A stretch of DNA of 64,000 nt from Bacteroidota bacterium (GTDB lineage Bacteria; Bacteroidota; Bacteroidia; AKYH767-A; JAHEYN01): the NCBI GenBank assembly GCA_023251555.1, contig JAHEYN010000001.1, forward strand, positions 75,433 through 139,432, given 5' to 3'. Positions within the stretch are counted from its first letter, which is position 1. Each line of letters opens with the position of its first letter. The notes beneath the pieces were generated by a model. It did no database searches. It saw only the letters and a program-made list of their open reading frames with translations, and was not told the origin of the DNA. Shown in pieces: positions 1 through 9,681 of this stretch. The translations under genes and the position numbers were made by a program.

Positions 1-1112
1 CCAGCTCACAGCTTTTAAAGCAATTGCAGGCTATCAGCGGTGTTTTGAACACGAGTAATCCCCTTCCTATCCTTGATAATTTTCTTTTTGATATATATAA
101 AAGTGAACTGGTTGTTTCTGCTTCGGACCTTGAAACAACCATGACTACCAGGATCTCGATTGAAGCTAAGAAAGCCGGCAGGATTGCCGTTCCTGCCAGG
201 ATTTTGCTTGATACGCTCAAAACATTTCCCGAACAGCCTCTTACCTTCAGCGTGGATGAAAGTACATTTGCCATAGAGATTGTGTCTGATAACGGAAAGT
301 ATAAACTGGCGGGGCACAACGCAGAAGACTATCCCCACATCCCGGAAGTGGCAGGCGCCAAATCGCTTGAACTGCCCGGAGCAGTACTTCTTTCTGCAAT
401 TAATAAGACAATTTTTGCAACAGGAAATGACGAGCTCAGACCTGTAATGTGCGGAGTCTTCTGCCAGATCGGGAAAGAAGCCCTGACATTTGTAGCTACC
501 GATGCACACAAACTGGCACGCTACAGGAGAAAAGACATCGCCGGGCCTGCCGAAGCCGCCTTTATTCTCCCTAAAAAACCGCTTAACCTTCTGAAAAACG
601 TACTTGGAGCCGAGGATACGAGGGTTAAGATAAATTATAATGACTCGAATGCCTTTTTTGAAGCAGGCCAAATTAGCCTGATATGCCGCCTCATAGACGG
701 GCGCTATCCTAATTACGAAGCTGTGATTCCTTCAGATAACCCCAACAAACTTGTTATTGATCGCATGGCTTTTCTTAATTCCATAAAGAGGATTTCAATC
801 TTTTCCAATAAAACAACCTACCAGATAAGGCTAAAGATTGCCGGGAGCGAATTGGAGGTTTCTGCCGAAGACCTTGATTTTTCCAATGCTGCCAATGAAA
901 GACATACCTGCCAGTATAAAGGAAGCGATATGGAAATCGGTTTCAATGCCCGCTTTCTTATGGATATGCTTTCCAATATTGATACGGCCGAGGTACTCCT
1001 CGAAATGTCGGCTCCCAACAGGGCCGGAGTACTTTTCCCTTATGGCAGCCCTGATTCCGCCAAAACCGAAGATTTGCTTATGCTCGTGATGCCTGTGATG
1101 CTCAATGCGTAA
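1..1112 (+). CDS. dnaN: DNA polymerase III beta subunit (sliding clamp), partial at 5' end. The frame is open to the window start and only a few N-terminal residues are missing.
   Basis: The N-terminus SSQLLKQLQAISGVL and the overall beta-clamp sequence pattern are visible in the translation. It is 362 aa from a TTG at 24, with no upstream stop in frame. Confidence 0.9.
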   Translation, partial: SSQLLKQLQAISGVLNTSNPLPILDNFLFDIYKSELVVSASDLETTMTTRISIEAKKAGRIAVPARILLDTLKTFPEQPLTFSVDESTFAIEIVSDNGKYKLAGHNAEDYPHIPEVAGAKSLELPGAVLLSAINKTIFATGNDELRPVMCGVFCQIGKEALTFVATDAHKLARYRRKDIAGPAEAAFILPKKPLNLLKNVLGAEDTRVKINYNDSNAFFEAGQISLICRLIDGRYPNYEAVIPSDNPNKLVIDRMAFLNSIKRISIFSNKTTYQIRLKIAGSELEVSAEDLDFSNAANERHTCQYKGSDMEIGFNARFLMDMLSNIDTAEVLLEMSAPNRAGVLFPYGSPDSAKTEDLLMLVMPVMLNA

Positions 1113-1317
1113 CTTCCTTTTGCAGGCTGGCTGCTAAGGCTTGAGCCGCTTGCAGGTACTCCCCGGTCAGAGGAGTCGTCTATGACCTAGATCATCCTAA
1201 AATATGACGGCCATCATAATCGGCGTTTTCAATTTTCATGAATTTTACAAGCGGAGAAACGGGCGACTTATCTTCAATTCCCCGCCCTGACATAAAGCAA
1301 CAGATGTAAATCTGTTA

Positions 1318-2133
1318 ATGAATGCGGCGGCGGGGTTTACCGGAGTGGTAGTTATTTCCACGCGTATGAAGGCGTGGGGCCCGCAGGATGAAAAAATAAA
1401 TATACCCCCTATGAACTCAAACAGCAAAAAAGGCCATGCCCATGCGGATTGCATGGATTGCCATTCCAGGTACCGTTCGGTATTCTGTGAACTCACCCCC
1501 GAGGAACTGGAAGAAGTGAACAGCTATAAAAGAAGCACAGTATACAAAAAAGGGCAGGTGATTTTTAAGCAGGGTTTTTACCCCCACGGGCTCTATTGTA
1601 TTAATACCGGGAAAACGAAGCTTTACCAGATGGCTGAGAACGGGAGGGAGCAGATTGTAAGAATGGCAAAGCACGGGGATGTTATAGGTTACAGGGCGCT
1701 TCTGAGCGGAGAAAAATATACGTCTTCTGCCGAAACGATTGAGGAGTCGTCTGTTTGTTTTATCCCGAGGGATTTGTTTTTTAAGTTCATCGAAAAGAAT
1801 ACGTCCATCTCTTTCCAGCTGATGAAACTGCTCTCCAGCGACCTGAAAAATGCCGAACACAAGATTACTGATCTTGCCCAGAAGCCTGTCCGGGAAAGAA
1901 TGGCAGAAGCTATCCTTTATATGAAGGAGATATATGGCCTTGAGCCTGACAATGCCACACTCAGCGTGGTTCTTACCAGGGAAGAGATGTCAAATATTGC
2001 AGGAACGGCAACTGAAACGGCTATCCGGATACTTTCGGACTTTAAACAGGAAGGTCTGGTTGAATTTGTCGGGAAGAGGATAAAGGTTGCTGACATGAAA
2101 AAGCTGCTCCAGGCGGCCAACGTGAATGATTAA
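1318..2133 (+). CDS. Crp/Fnr-family transcriptional regulator with a cNMP-binding domain and a C-terminal HTH. An N-terminal Cys cluster (CMDCHS...C) suggests an FNR-like redox sensor. The true start may be the internal Met at about 1411.
   Basis: The translation shows a cNMP-binding-like core (GQVIFKQG...GLYCINTGKTKLY) and an HTH region (REEMSNIAGTATETAIRILSDFKQEGLV). There are three Cys near the N-terminus. Confidence 0.75.
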   Translation: MNAAAGFTGVVVISTRMKAWGPQDEKINIPPMNSNSKKGHAHADCMDCHSRYRSVFCELTPEELEEVNSYKRSTVYKKGQVIFKQGFYPHGLYCINTGKTKLYQMAENGREQIVRMAKHGDVIGYRALLSGEKYTSSAETIEESSVCFIPRDLFFKFIEKNTSISFQLMKLLSSDLKNAEHKITDLAQKPVRERMAEAILYMKEIYGLEPDNATLSVVLTREEMSNIAGTATETAIRILSDFKQEGLVEFVGKRIKVADMKKLLQAANVND

Positions 2134-2136
2134 AAA

Positions 2137-2598
2137 ATGAACGCAGCGCCCCTTGTCCGGATTACCAAAACTTTTGGATTTGAAATGGCGCATGCTTTAT
2201 ATGGCTATGATGGTCCCTGCAGGAATATTCACGGGCATTCCTATGAACTTTCGCTGACAGTTTCCGGCAAACCGCTCCGGGATCCCGGGCACCCCAAGGC
2301 GGGAATGGTTATGGATTTCTCTGTGCTCAGGAGCATTGCGGAAGAGCGGGTGCTGAAACATTTTGACCATGCACTGGTTGTCAACGGGTTATCCCCGCAC
2401 CGGGAAATCAAAAACAACGGCGGCTTGTTTGAAAAGCTGATCAGTGTGGATTACCAGCCCACCTGCGAAAATCTCCTGCTTGACTTTGTTGAAAGAATCA
2501 GGCCTAACCTCCCGGAAGGTGTGTCACTTCATCACATGACGCTCAAAGAAACAGCTTCGTCCTATGCCGAATGGTTTGCTGAAGACAATAACGCCTGA
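2137..2598 (+). CDS. queD: 6-carboxy-5,6,7,8-tetrahydropterin synthase / 6-pyruvoyl-tetrahydropterin synthase family (QueD-like).
   Basis: It has the Cx5HGH zinc motif (CRNIHGHSYEL), a PTPS-like length of 153 aa, and the motif LVRITKTFGFEMAHAL. Confidence 0.8.
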   Translation: MNAAPLVRITKTFGFEMAHALYGYDGPCRNIHGHSYELSLTVSGKPLRDPGHPKAGMVMDFSVLRSIAEERVLKHFDHALVVNGLSPHREIKNNGGLFEKLISVDYQPTCENLLLDFVERIRPNLPEGVSLHHMTLKETASSYAEWFAEDNNA

Positions 2599-3952
2599 GA
2601 GCGCGCTCATTAAAAAATATAATGTCAGCGGGCCGCGGTACACGAGCTACCCCACTGTCCCTTACTGGTCTGATAATCCTTCCCGGGAGCAGTGGGCAGA
2701 AAAAGTGAGAATTGCATATAACGGGACAGCTTCCGGCCAAGGGATCAGTCTTTATATTCATCTTCCTTTCTGTGAAAGTCTCTGCACATATTGTGGCTGC
2801 AATACGCGCATAACAACAAATCACTCCGTAGAGAACCCATATATCAGGGCGCTTGCAAGGGAATGGAAAATGTACCTCGGGATTTTCGGGAGCAGGCCCC
2901 GCATCAGCGAAATTCACCTGGGAGGAGGCACCCCGACTTTTTTCAGCCCTTCGCGGCTGGAGGAACTTATGGATGAAATTCTTTCATCATCCGAGCTGCT
3001 TCCCTCTGCAGAGTTAAGTTTTGAAGCTCATCCCAACAGTACCTCGCTTACGCATTTAGAGGTATTACACCGCCTTGGCTTCAGGAGAATGAGTCTCGGT
3101 ATACAGGATTTTGACCCCCGGGTGCAGGCAATTGTGAACCGGGTACAAACCTTCGGCCAGGTTGAAAAGGTGGTTAATCATGCCAGGGCTACAGGATATA
3201 ATTCAATAAATTTTGATCTTATTTACGGGCTGCCTCTTCAGCAGGAGAGCAGTGTCGTTGGAACCATAGAGAAGGTTAACAGGATCCGCCCCGACAGGAT
3301 CGCATTCTACAGCTATGCCCATGTCCCCTGGATAAAACCCGGGCAGAGAAAGTTTACCGAAGCCGATCTTCCTGCCGATGATGTAAAACGGAAACTTTAT
3401 GAGAGCGGCAGAAGGATGCTCGAAGATGCCGGCTATACGGAAATCGGGATGGATCATTTTGCGCTCGCAACAGACGCACTGTATGCGGCTTCTGAAAAAG
3501 GAACCCTTCACAGGAATTTCATGGGCTACACTGCTTCTTATACCGGCCTTATGATAGGCCTCGGTGTTTCTGCCATAGGTGATACATGGGATTGCTTTGC
3601 ACAGAATGTAAAAAAGGTGGAAGATTATTACCGGATTTTGGAAAATGGCCGGCTCCCTGTGTTCAGGGGACATCTTCTCGACAAAGAAGATCTTGTTCTC
3701 CGAAGGCACATCCTAAATATTATGTGCAGGCTTGAAACCTCCTGGGGAAAAAATGATATGAAAGTTCCTGTTTTAGATGATTGTATATCAAGGCTTTCGG
3801 AGCCTTTATCCGACGGGCTCATTACGCTTTCCCACTCTTCCCTCCGGGTGACCGGGAAAGGAAAGGCTTTTCTCAGGAACATCTGTATGGCTTTTGATGC
3901 AAGGCTGTGGAGAAACATTCCTGCATCTGAAATATTCAGCAAAGTGGTCTGA
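2564..3952 (+). CDS. hemN: Oxygen-independent coproporphyrinogen III oxidase, a radical-SAM HemN.
   Basis: It has the radical-SAM motif YIHLPFCESLCTYCGC, HemN-like length (462 aa) and the N-terminal YNVSGPRYTSYPT motif. It overlaps the upstream gene by about 35 nt, so the true start could be an alternative codon. Confidence 0.85.
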   Translation: MPNGLLKTITPESALIKKYNVSGPRYTSYPTVPYWSDNPSREQWAEKVRIAYNGTASGQGISLYIHLPFCESLCTYCGCNTRITTNHSVENPYIRALAREWKMYLGIFGSRPRISEIHLGGGTPTFFSPSRLEELMDEILSSSELLPSAELSFEAHPNSTSLTHLEVLHRLGFRRMSLGIQDFDPRVQAIVNRVQTFGQVEKVVNHARATGYNSINFDLIYGLPLQQESSVVGTIEKVNRIRPDRIAFYSYAHVPWIKPGQRKFTEADLPADDVKRKLYESGRRMLEDAGYTEIGMDHFALATDALYAASEKGTLHRNFMGYTASYTGLMIGLGVSAIGDTWDCFAQNVKKVEDYYRILENGRLPVFRGHLLDKEDLVLRRHILNIMCRLETSWGKNDMKVPVLDDCISRLSEPLSDGLITLSHSSLRVTGKGKAFLRNICMAFDARLWRNIPASEIFSKVV

Positions 3953-4069
3953 TATCCCTGTAAAAAATCAAAAAGGGTATCAAACAATGGAGTTAAAAGT
4001 ACTTGACTCTTCCCGTTTTTTTTTCTATATTTAAAGCATGTTGAATTTTAACTTAAAACCGGTAAGATT

Positions 4070-7027
4070 ATGAAATACAATGAAAAAATTATCAGGGTTG
4101 CGGCCCTGTCTTTAGTTTGTGCATCCGTACTCCTGTTTTTCCGCGAAAAAGGAGACTCCTTTTCATCAGGAAAAACCGCACACAGTTTTGATCCGTTTGA
4201 AAAGCATGCTGCCCCTGCTTACATAAAATCCCCCCTGAAAAAACCGGGCGTGAAGCCCGGTGAAAGAAGCAATGTAAAGATGGTGGAAAACTTCTTATCA
4301 CTCCCCCTGATCTTCAGGAAGAATATGGGGCAGTGGAACCCTGACGTTTTGTTTTGCGGGATGACATCAGGGGCTTCGGTCGCTTTTAAAAAGAACGGAC
4401 TTGCTTTTTGCGCTTCAAGGGAAGATGAAACTGCAAAGCATGCTGTTTCTCCAAAGGAGAACCAGGAAGATGTGTATGAATATCTGCAGTGGGATATGAC
4501 TTTTTCCGGTGCCAGGTCATCAGTAAAAATTTATGCTGAAGGCGAAGAGGACAGCCGGACAAATTATATTTTTGGCCAGGACGCTTCAAAATGGGTGATG
4601 AATGTTCCGGATTACCGGAGACTGAGATATGACGGCATCTATAAGAATGTTGACCTGCGTTACTATGGCTTGCAAAATAACCAGCTTAAGTATGATTTCG
4701 TGGTTAACCCCGGGGGCGATATCAGGGATATCCGGCTTTCTTTTACAGGGATAGAGTCGCTTTCCCTGAATGATGCGGGAGAACTTGAGATTACAACCCG
4801 CTTTGGTGTGGTGAAAGAGGCTGCTCCTTATTCTTACCAGGCTGCCGGTGGTGTTTCTGCACCTGTGGCGGTGAGGTATGAAATTAAGGATGATGGTAAG
4901 TCTTTCGGGTTCCGGGTTGACGAACAATATGACAAGACGCTCCCGCTTGTGATTGACCCTGTCTCCCTCAAGTGGAGCACATATATGAAAGCCACCGGGA
5001 ATAACTTTAATAATTATTCTTACGATGTGGCTGTTGACGCCTCTAAAAATGTTTATATAGTGGGTAAGTGCGACAATACTTTTCCTACTACCACGGGCGC
5101 AGCATACGGCGGGTCCACCACTGATGCTTTTGTAAGCAAGCTTAATTCTTCGGGTACGGCCCTTGTTTACTCTACCTACCTTGGCGGATCCAATGTGGAT
5201 GGGGCCATGAGCGTTATGGCAAACAGCAATGGGGAGGCTTATGTGGCGGGTTACACTACATCTACAAATTTCCCCACTACTGCGGGAGTTAAGCAAACTG
5301 CCTACGCCGGAGGCTTTGGGAATGATTGTTTTGTAACCAAACTCAACAGTGCGGGAGGTATCGGGTTTTCCACCTACCTCGGGGGAGGGGGAGAAGACCA
5401 GGCATGGTCACTTTTCTTAGCCAGCGGGGGAGAAATATATCTCACAGGGTTCTCTTCTTCAGTGAATTTCCCTGTTACTGCGGGTGCCTACCAGACTACA
5501 AACGCCATGGCAGGTATGAATGATGCGATTATTGTAAAACTTAATTCCTCGGCCAGCACCCTGTTGTATTCCACCTATCTGGGCGGAGCCGGACAGGTGG
5601 TTGCATGCCCCCAGGTCGACTGCGACAATATGTTTTGTTATGACAATGTCGCCTGTACAAATTTCAATGTGCTGAATGACTGGGGCTATGGTATCTGGGT
5701 GAACTCTTCGGGCGAAGCTTATGTTGCAGGAACTACCGAATCTCCCGAATTCCCTGTTACTGCGGGTGCGAAGCAGACTGTATTCGGAGGCGGGACAAAG
5801 GACGGGTTTGCAGTAAAACTGAACTCTGCCGGCACAGCTCTTTCCTATGCTACTTTCCTCGGCGGTTCCGCTGACGATTTTGCCGCTGATGTGTATGTTA
5901 ACGGCAGCGGTGAGGCTTATGTGGCCGGCAGGACGGAGTCAGGTAATTTTCCCACTACAGCAGGCGTTTACCAGACATCGCTCGGGGGAACTTCAGACGC
6001 TTTCGTTGCGAAACTCAATGCAACGGGAACGGCTTTAACATATTCTACCTATGTTGGAAAGTCGGGCTGGGATTATGCCACGGGAATCACAGTGAATACC
6101 AATGGAGAAGCGTATATCGCCGGGCGGACACAGTCCACCAACTTCCCTACTACGAGCAATGCATACCAGGCGGCATGGGGAGGGGGGAGCTGGGATATTT
6201 TTGCCTCGGTGCTCAACTCCACTGCCTCGTCTCTTCTCTGCTCATCTCTTATGGGCGGAAATGCAGATGATTATATGACCTGCCAGCTTGGAATAGATAT
6301 TACAGGTACTGTTGATACCATATACATCAATGGTACGACACACTCGACTAACTTCCCTACCACTACAGGAGTTTACCAGGCTACCAAGCTTAATTCCACG
6401 GGAGACCAGCCTGCGCTTTTTAAGATGGCAAGCTGCACCAACTCTGTACTTCCGGTCGAATTACTTGACTTTAAAGGAAATAATAACCAGGGCATAAACA
6501 TACTGCAGTGGCGGACAGTGTCGGAAACCAACTGCAATTCGTTTACCCTTGAGAGGAGCCTGGATGGTAATTCTTTTGAGCGGGTTGGAATGGTTTCATG
6601 CAGCGGTACAAGCAGTATTCCGCATGCTTATGAGTACAGGGATGACGTCGTTTCTTTTATGACAGAAGACAATACTTTTTATTACCGCCTCCGGCAGTTT
6701 GATTATGACGGCAATTATAAATATTCCGGAACCATCGCTATTGATGTGAAGGCAAGGCGCGAACTTCCTTACGTGCTTAATGTGAGCCCTGTCCCTGTTA
6801 CGAAGGAACTGAATTTTACTTTCAACAATCCTTCTGACGGACCGCTTTCTGCGGAGATTGTGGATATTGTCGGGAAGGTAGTTTACCGGCAGGACATGCC
6901 CGCCGTAAAACGGGGAATATCCGTTTCAAAAGTTACTGTTGATTTTCTCCCCGGAGGCTTATATATCCTCAGGATTGCCCGACAGGGAAGTGCAGGGGGG
7001 AGCGGAGCAAAATTTATAAAGGAGTAA
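4070..7027 (+). CDS. Large secreted protein (985 aa) with multiple SBBP beta-propeller repeats and a C-terminal T9SS sorting domain.
   Basis: An N-terminal signal/TM segment is present. Repeated units of the form YSTYLGG..D.A..V..SGEAYVAG.T.S.NFPTTAG occur about 8 times. The C-terminal ~80 aa (…VDIVGKVVYRQDM…LPGGLYILRIA…) match the T9SS CTD pattern. Confidence 0.7.
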   Translation: MKYNEKIIRVAALSLVCASVLLFFREKGDSFSSGKTAHSFDPFEKHAAPAYIKSPLKKPGVKPGERSNVKMVENFLSLPLIFRKNMGQWNPDVLFCGMTSGASVAFKKNGLAFCASREDETAKHAVSPKENQEDVYEYLQWDMTFSGARSSVKIYAEGEEDSRTNYIFGQDASKWVMNVPDYRRLRYDGIYKNVDLRYYGLQNNQLKYDFVVNPGGDIRDIRLSFTGIESLSLNDAGELEITTRFGVVKEAAPYSYQAAGGVSAPVAVRYEIKDDGKSFGFRVDEQYDKTLPLVIDPVSLKWSTYMKATGNNFNNYSYDVAVDASKNVYIVGKCDNTFPTTTGAAYGGSTTDAFVSKLNSSGTALVYSTYLGGSNVDGAMSVMANSNGEAYVAGYTTSTNFPTTAGVKQTAYAGGFGNDCFVTKLNSAGGIGFSTYLGGGGEDQAWSLFLASGGEIYLTGFSSSVNFPVTAGAYQTTNAMAGMNDAIIVKLNSSASTLLYSTYLGGAGQVVACPQVDCDNMFCYDNVACTNFNVLNDWGYGIWVNSSGEAYVAGTTESPEFPVTAGAKQTVFGGGTKDGFAVKLNSAGTALSYATFLGGSADDFAADVYVNGSGEAYVAGRTESGNFPTTAGVYQTSLGGTSDAFVAKLNATGTALTYSTYVGKSGWDYATGITVNTNGEAYIAGRTQSTNFPTTSNAYQAAWGGGSWDIFASVLNSTASSLLCSSLMGGNADDYMTCQLGIDITGTVDTIYINGTTHSTNFPTTTGVYQATKLNSTGDQPALFKMASCTNSVLPVELLDFKGNNNQGINILQWRTVSETNCNSFTLERSLDGNSFERVGMVSCSGTSSIPHAYEYRDDVVSFMTEDNTFYYRLRQFDYDGNYKYSGTIAIDVKARRELPYVLNVSPVPVTKELNFTFNNPSDGPLSAEIVDIVGKVVYRQDMPAVKRGISVSKVTVDFLPGGLYILRIARQGSAGGSGAKFIKE

Positions 7028-7169
7028 AAATTGATTACTTCTTGAAAATATTGTAGTCGTTACAAAAGGCCATGAAAAAGTGTGGCCTGAGGAAGCTTAC
7101 TTCTTCAAGTTTTCCATAATAAATTTCTTTTATTGTGTTTTGGCAATATGAGTTTCGGTTTATTAATAA

Positions 7170-7481
7170 TTGCAATTTGTTTCTATCATAGTAAAAATTC
7201 AAAAAAAAGTAATGCAGACAATATTTTACGCATATCAATTCTATTCAGCATTAGGCCTAATTTTAGACATAATTGGCGTTTTAATTTTATTTAAATATGG
7301 ACTTCCGAGCAAAATAAAAGAGTACGGGGGAGGGCTGTTACTTGAAGAAAATTTTGAAGAAGAAAAATTGAGAGTTTCAGAAAACAAAAAGATAACTAAA
7401 CGAGCATACCTTGGTTTGAGTCTTTTATTAGCTGGTTTTTTATTTCAATTTATAGGGACATTGTTATCGGTGAACAGTTAA
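7170..7481 (+). CDS. Hypothetical small membrane protein with two predicted TM helices. The start is uncertain and may be at about 7212.
   Basis: Hydrophobic stretches LGLILDIIGVLILF and LGLSLLLAGFLFQFIGTLL are the evidence. It lies in an A+T-rich region and nothing else supports it. Confidence 0.3.
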   Translation: MQFVSIIVKIQKKVMQTIFYAYQFYSALGLILDIIGVLILFKYGLPSKIKEYGGGLLLEENFEEEKLRVSENKKITKRAYLGLSLLLAGFLFQFIGTLLSVNS

Positions 7482-7547
7482 TTTAATATCAGAAACGGAG
7501 GACAATGAAGAAAAGAAAAACGAGTGCTAACAAGGGTTTTTAATTAT

Positions 7548-7627
7548 GCGGGAGTGGATAATTATTACTATAGAGTTTCAATTGACGGGCAAGCTATTAT
7601 AAGTAAAAAAATAGTTATTATCAAGTA
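7548..7627 (+). pseudogene. 3'-terminal remnant of a fourth member of the tandem T9SS-cargo paralog family (last ~25 codons only).
   Basis: In frame it translates to …GVDNYYYRVSIDGQAIISKKIVIIK*. This is homologous to the C-termini …GVYFYELKINNASILIDKIVIIK* and …GIYFYQITIDKQAIINDKIVIIK* of the downstream paralogs. Confidence 0.45.
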
Positions 7628-8599
7628 ATGAAAAATATATGTATTTACACATCATTATTTTTATTGCCATTTCGTCTTTGGTCTCAAACCAACTTAGTAC
7701 CCAATTATAGTTTTGAAGATACTATGAGTTGCCCGTCTATTTCTAAACTTGGAATGGTAAATGTAGTTGCTTGGTACTCTCCAACAAAAGGAACTCCAGA
7801 TTATTATAATCAATGTAGCTCTACTAATTATGCCAGTATCCCTAATAATAGGCATGGAGGTCAAGTGCCTTATTCAGGGGTTGCTTATGTTGGTATAGCT
7901 ACATTTAATTTATCAGCTCAAGAATTTAGGGAATATATAGAAGTGTTACTAAATGACAGTCTTAAATCTGGTAAAAAATATCATGTAGATTTTTACTTAA
8001 GTTTAGGAGATAGTGAACAATATATTTGCAATGATATAGGAGTTTATTTTTCGAATAATTCTATTAATGCAGGTAATTATAGTGTACTGCCGTATATACC
8101 ACAAGTTAGTAATGCAAATAACAATATGTTAAGCGATAAACTAGGATGGACAAAAATTTCAAAAAGTTTTATAGCTAATGGAGGAGAAAAATACATCACT
8201 ATTGGTAATTTTAAAAATGATGCTAATTCAGATACAATGTATGTTGGAGGAGCATGGGGGTATGATGTTGCTTATTATTACATAGACGATATCTCGGTGA
8301 TAGAAGATACTGCAACTGGAGTTGGTAAGATAAGTAATGAAAAAGAAAAATATAAGATAAAACTGTATCCTAATCCAAATGATGGGGGAATGCAGTTGGA
8401 TTATAACTTATCAGAGGGACAAACAGGCGAATTGATAATTTATAACATGATGGGAGAAAAAATAAACACTTATCATTTACTAAGCTCAAAGAATAATATA
8501 AAGATAAGTGAAGCTGCCTTAAAGAATGGGGTTTATTTTTATGAATTAAAAATTAATAACGCAAGTATTCTCATAGATAAAATAGTAATTATAAAATAA
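7628..8599 (+). CDS. Secreted T9SS-sorted protein, paralog 1 of 3. It has a signal peptide, an N-terminal ~210-aa jelly-roll/CBM-like domain and a C-terminal T9SS CTD.
   Basis: The signal peptide and the NLVPN.SFED…YYYIDDISV pattern resemble CBM4/9-type modules (inference). The C-terminal ~85 aa (KIKLYPNPNDG.MQ.DYNL.EGQTGELIIYNMMGEKINTYHLL…) are nearly identical in all three copies. Confidence 0.7.
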   Translation: MKNICIYTSLFLLPFRLWSQTNLVPNYSFEDTMSCPSISKLGMVNVVAWYSPTKGTPDYYNQCSSTNYASIPNNRHGGQVPYSGVAYVGIATFNLSAQEFREYIEVLLNDSLKSGKKYHVDFYLSLGDSEQYICNDIGVYFSNNSINAGNYSVLPYIPQVSNANNNMLSDKLGWTKISKSFIANGGEKYITIGNFKNDANSDTMYVGGAWGYDVAYYYIDDISVIEDTATGVGKISNEKEKYKIKLYPNPNDGGMQLDYNLSEGQTGELIIYNMMGEKINTYHLLSSKNNIKISEAALKNGVYFYELKINNASILIDKIVIIK

Positions 8600-8604
8600 C
8601 ATTA

Positions 8605-8637
8605 AAAGCTCTCCGATTTACCGGAGAGCTTTTTTAT
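8605..8637 (+). terminator. Rho-independent terminator candidate after paralog 1.
   Basis: There is a hairpin aaagctctccg-attta-cggagagcttt followed by a T-run. Confidence 0.5.
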
Positions 8638-8643
8638 TAAATC

Positions 8644-9618
8644 ATGAAAAAGATTTTATATTTTTCATTTTTTATTTTACATTCTGCATTTTACATTCCT
8701 TCTTTTGCTCAAAACATAGTACCCAATCCAAGTTTTGAGGATACTGCTAGTTGTCCTGATAATTTAGGAGAAATCTATAGGTCGCTTTATTGGTATTCTC
8801 CAACAACAGGTTCTCCAGATTATTATAATCAATGTAGTTCTTCTGTTTATTGTGGGGTTCCAAATAATTGGTATGGAAGTCAAATACCTAACACAGGTGT
8901 TGCTTTCGTTGGGATGGGCACATTTGTATTAGGAAATACAAACCTTAGAGAATATATACAGACAGTGCTAATTGATACGCTAAAAGGAGGCAAAAAATAT
9001 AATGTAGAATTTTATGTAAGTTTATCTGATAGTTCGCAATATGCTTGCAGTAATATAGGAGCATATTTTTCTATCAATCAGGTTACGAGTGGAAATGATA
9101 AGAATTTACCCGATACTCCACAAATCAGCAATCCCCTCAATAATATCTTATCAGAAAAAATAAATTGGACAAAAATTTCGGGGAGTTTTATTGCATCAGG
9201 GGGAGAAAAATATATTACTATTGGAAATTTTAAAGATGATGCTAATTCGGACACCCTCTATGTTGGAGGGCCTTCTTGGTATACTCTTGCTTATTATTAC
9301 ATAGATGATGTATCAGTGATAGAGGATACTACGACTGGGGTGCGGGAATTCAGTAATGAAAAAGAAAGGTATAAGATAAAACTCTACCCCAACCCAAACA
9401 ATGGTACTATGCAGATGGATTATAATTTAACGGAGGGACAAACAGGTGAATTGATAATTTATAACATGATAGGAGAAAAAATAAACACTTATCATTTACT
9501 AAGCTCAAAGAATAATATAAAGATAAGTGAAGCGGCATTACAAAATGGAATTTATTTTTATCAGATAACTATTGATAAGCAAGCAATTATTAATGATAAA
9601 ATAGTCATCATAAAATAA
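8644..9618 (+). CDS. Secreted T9SS-sorted protein, paralog 2 of 3.
   Basis: It has the same architecture as 7628-8599. The N-terminal domain is diverged and the C-terminal CTD is near-identical. Confidence 0.7.
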   Translation: MKKILYFSFFILHSAFYIPSFAQNIVPNPSFEDTASCPDNLGEIYRSLYWYSPTTGSPDYYNQCSSSVYCGVPNNWYGSQIPNTGVAFVGMGTFVLGNTNLREYIQTVLIDTLKGGKKYNVEFYVSLSDSSQYACSNIGAYFSINQVTSGNDKNLPDTPQISNPLNNILSEKINWTKISGSFIASGGEKYITIGNFKDDANSDTLYVGGPSWYTLAYYYIDDVSVIEDTTTGVREFSNEKERYKIKLYPNPNNGTMQMDYNLTEGQTGELIIYNMIGEKINTYHLLSSKNNIKISEAALQNGIYFYQITIDKQAIINDKIVIIK

Positions 9619-9630
9619 ATTACAAATTAC

Positions 9631-9672
9631 GAAAGAACCTTTGATAAAACTTCATCAAAGGTTCTTCCGTTT
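9631..9672 (+). terminator. Hairpin terminator candidate after paralog 2. This is the intact version of the hairpin that is split by the IS after paralog 3.
   Basis: The hairpin is gaaagaacctttgat - loop - atcaaaggttcttc, followed by a T-containing tail. Confidence 0.45.
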
Positions 9673-9681
9673 ACAATAGGT

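Noticed and set aside
15-671. A 218-aa minus-strand ORF inside dnaN. Similar long antisense ORFs occur at 4586-5296 (-), 46275-46985 (+), 48313-49197 (+), 11759-12118 (-) and 14728-15039 (-).
   Set aside because: All lie fully inside well-supported genes on the opposite strand and have low-complexity or odd composition with no recognisable motifs. They are typical antisense artefacts.
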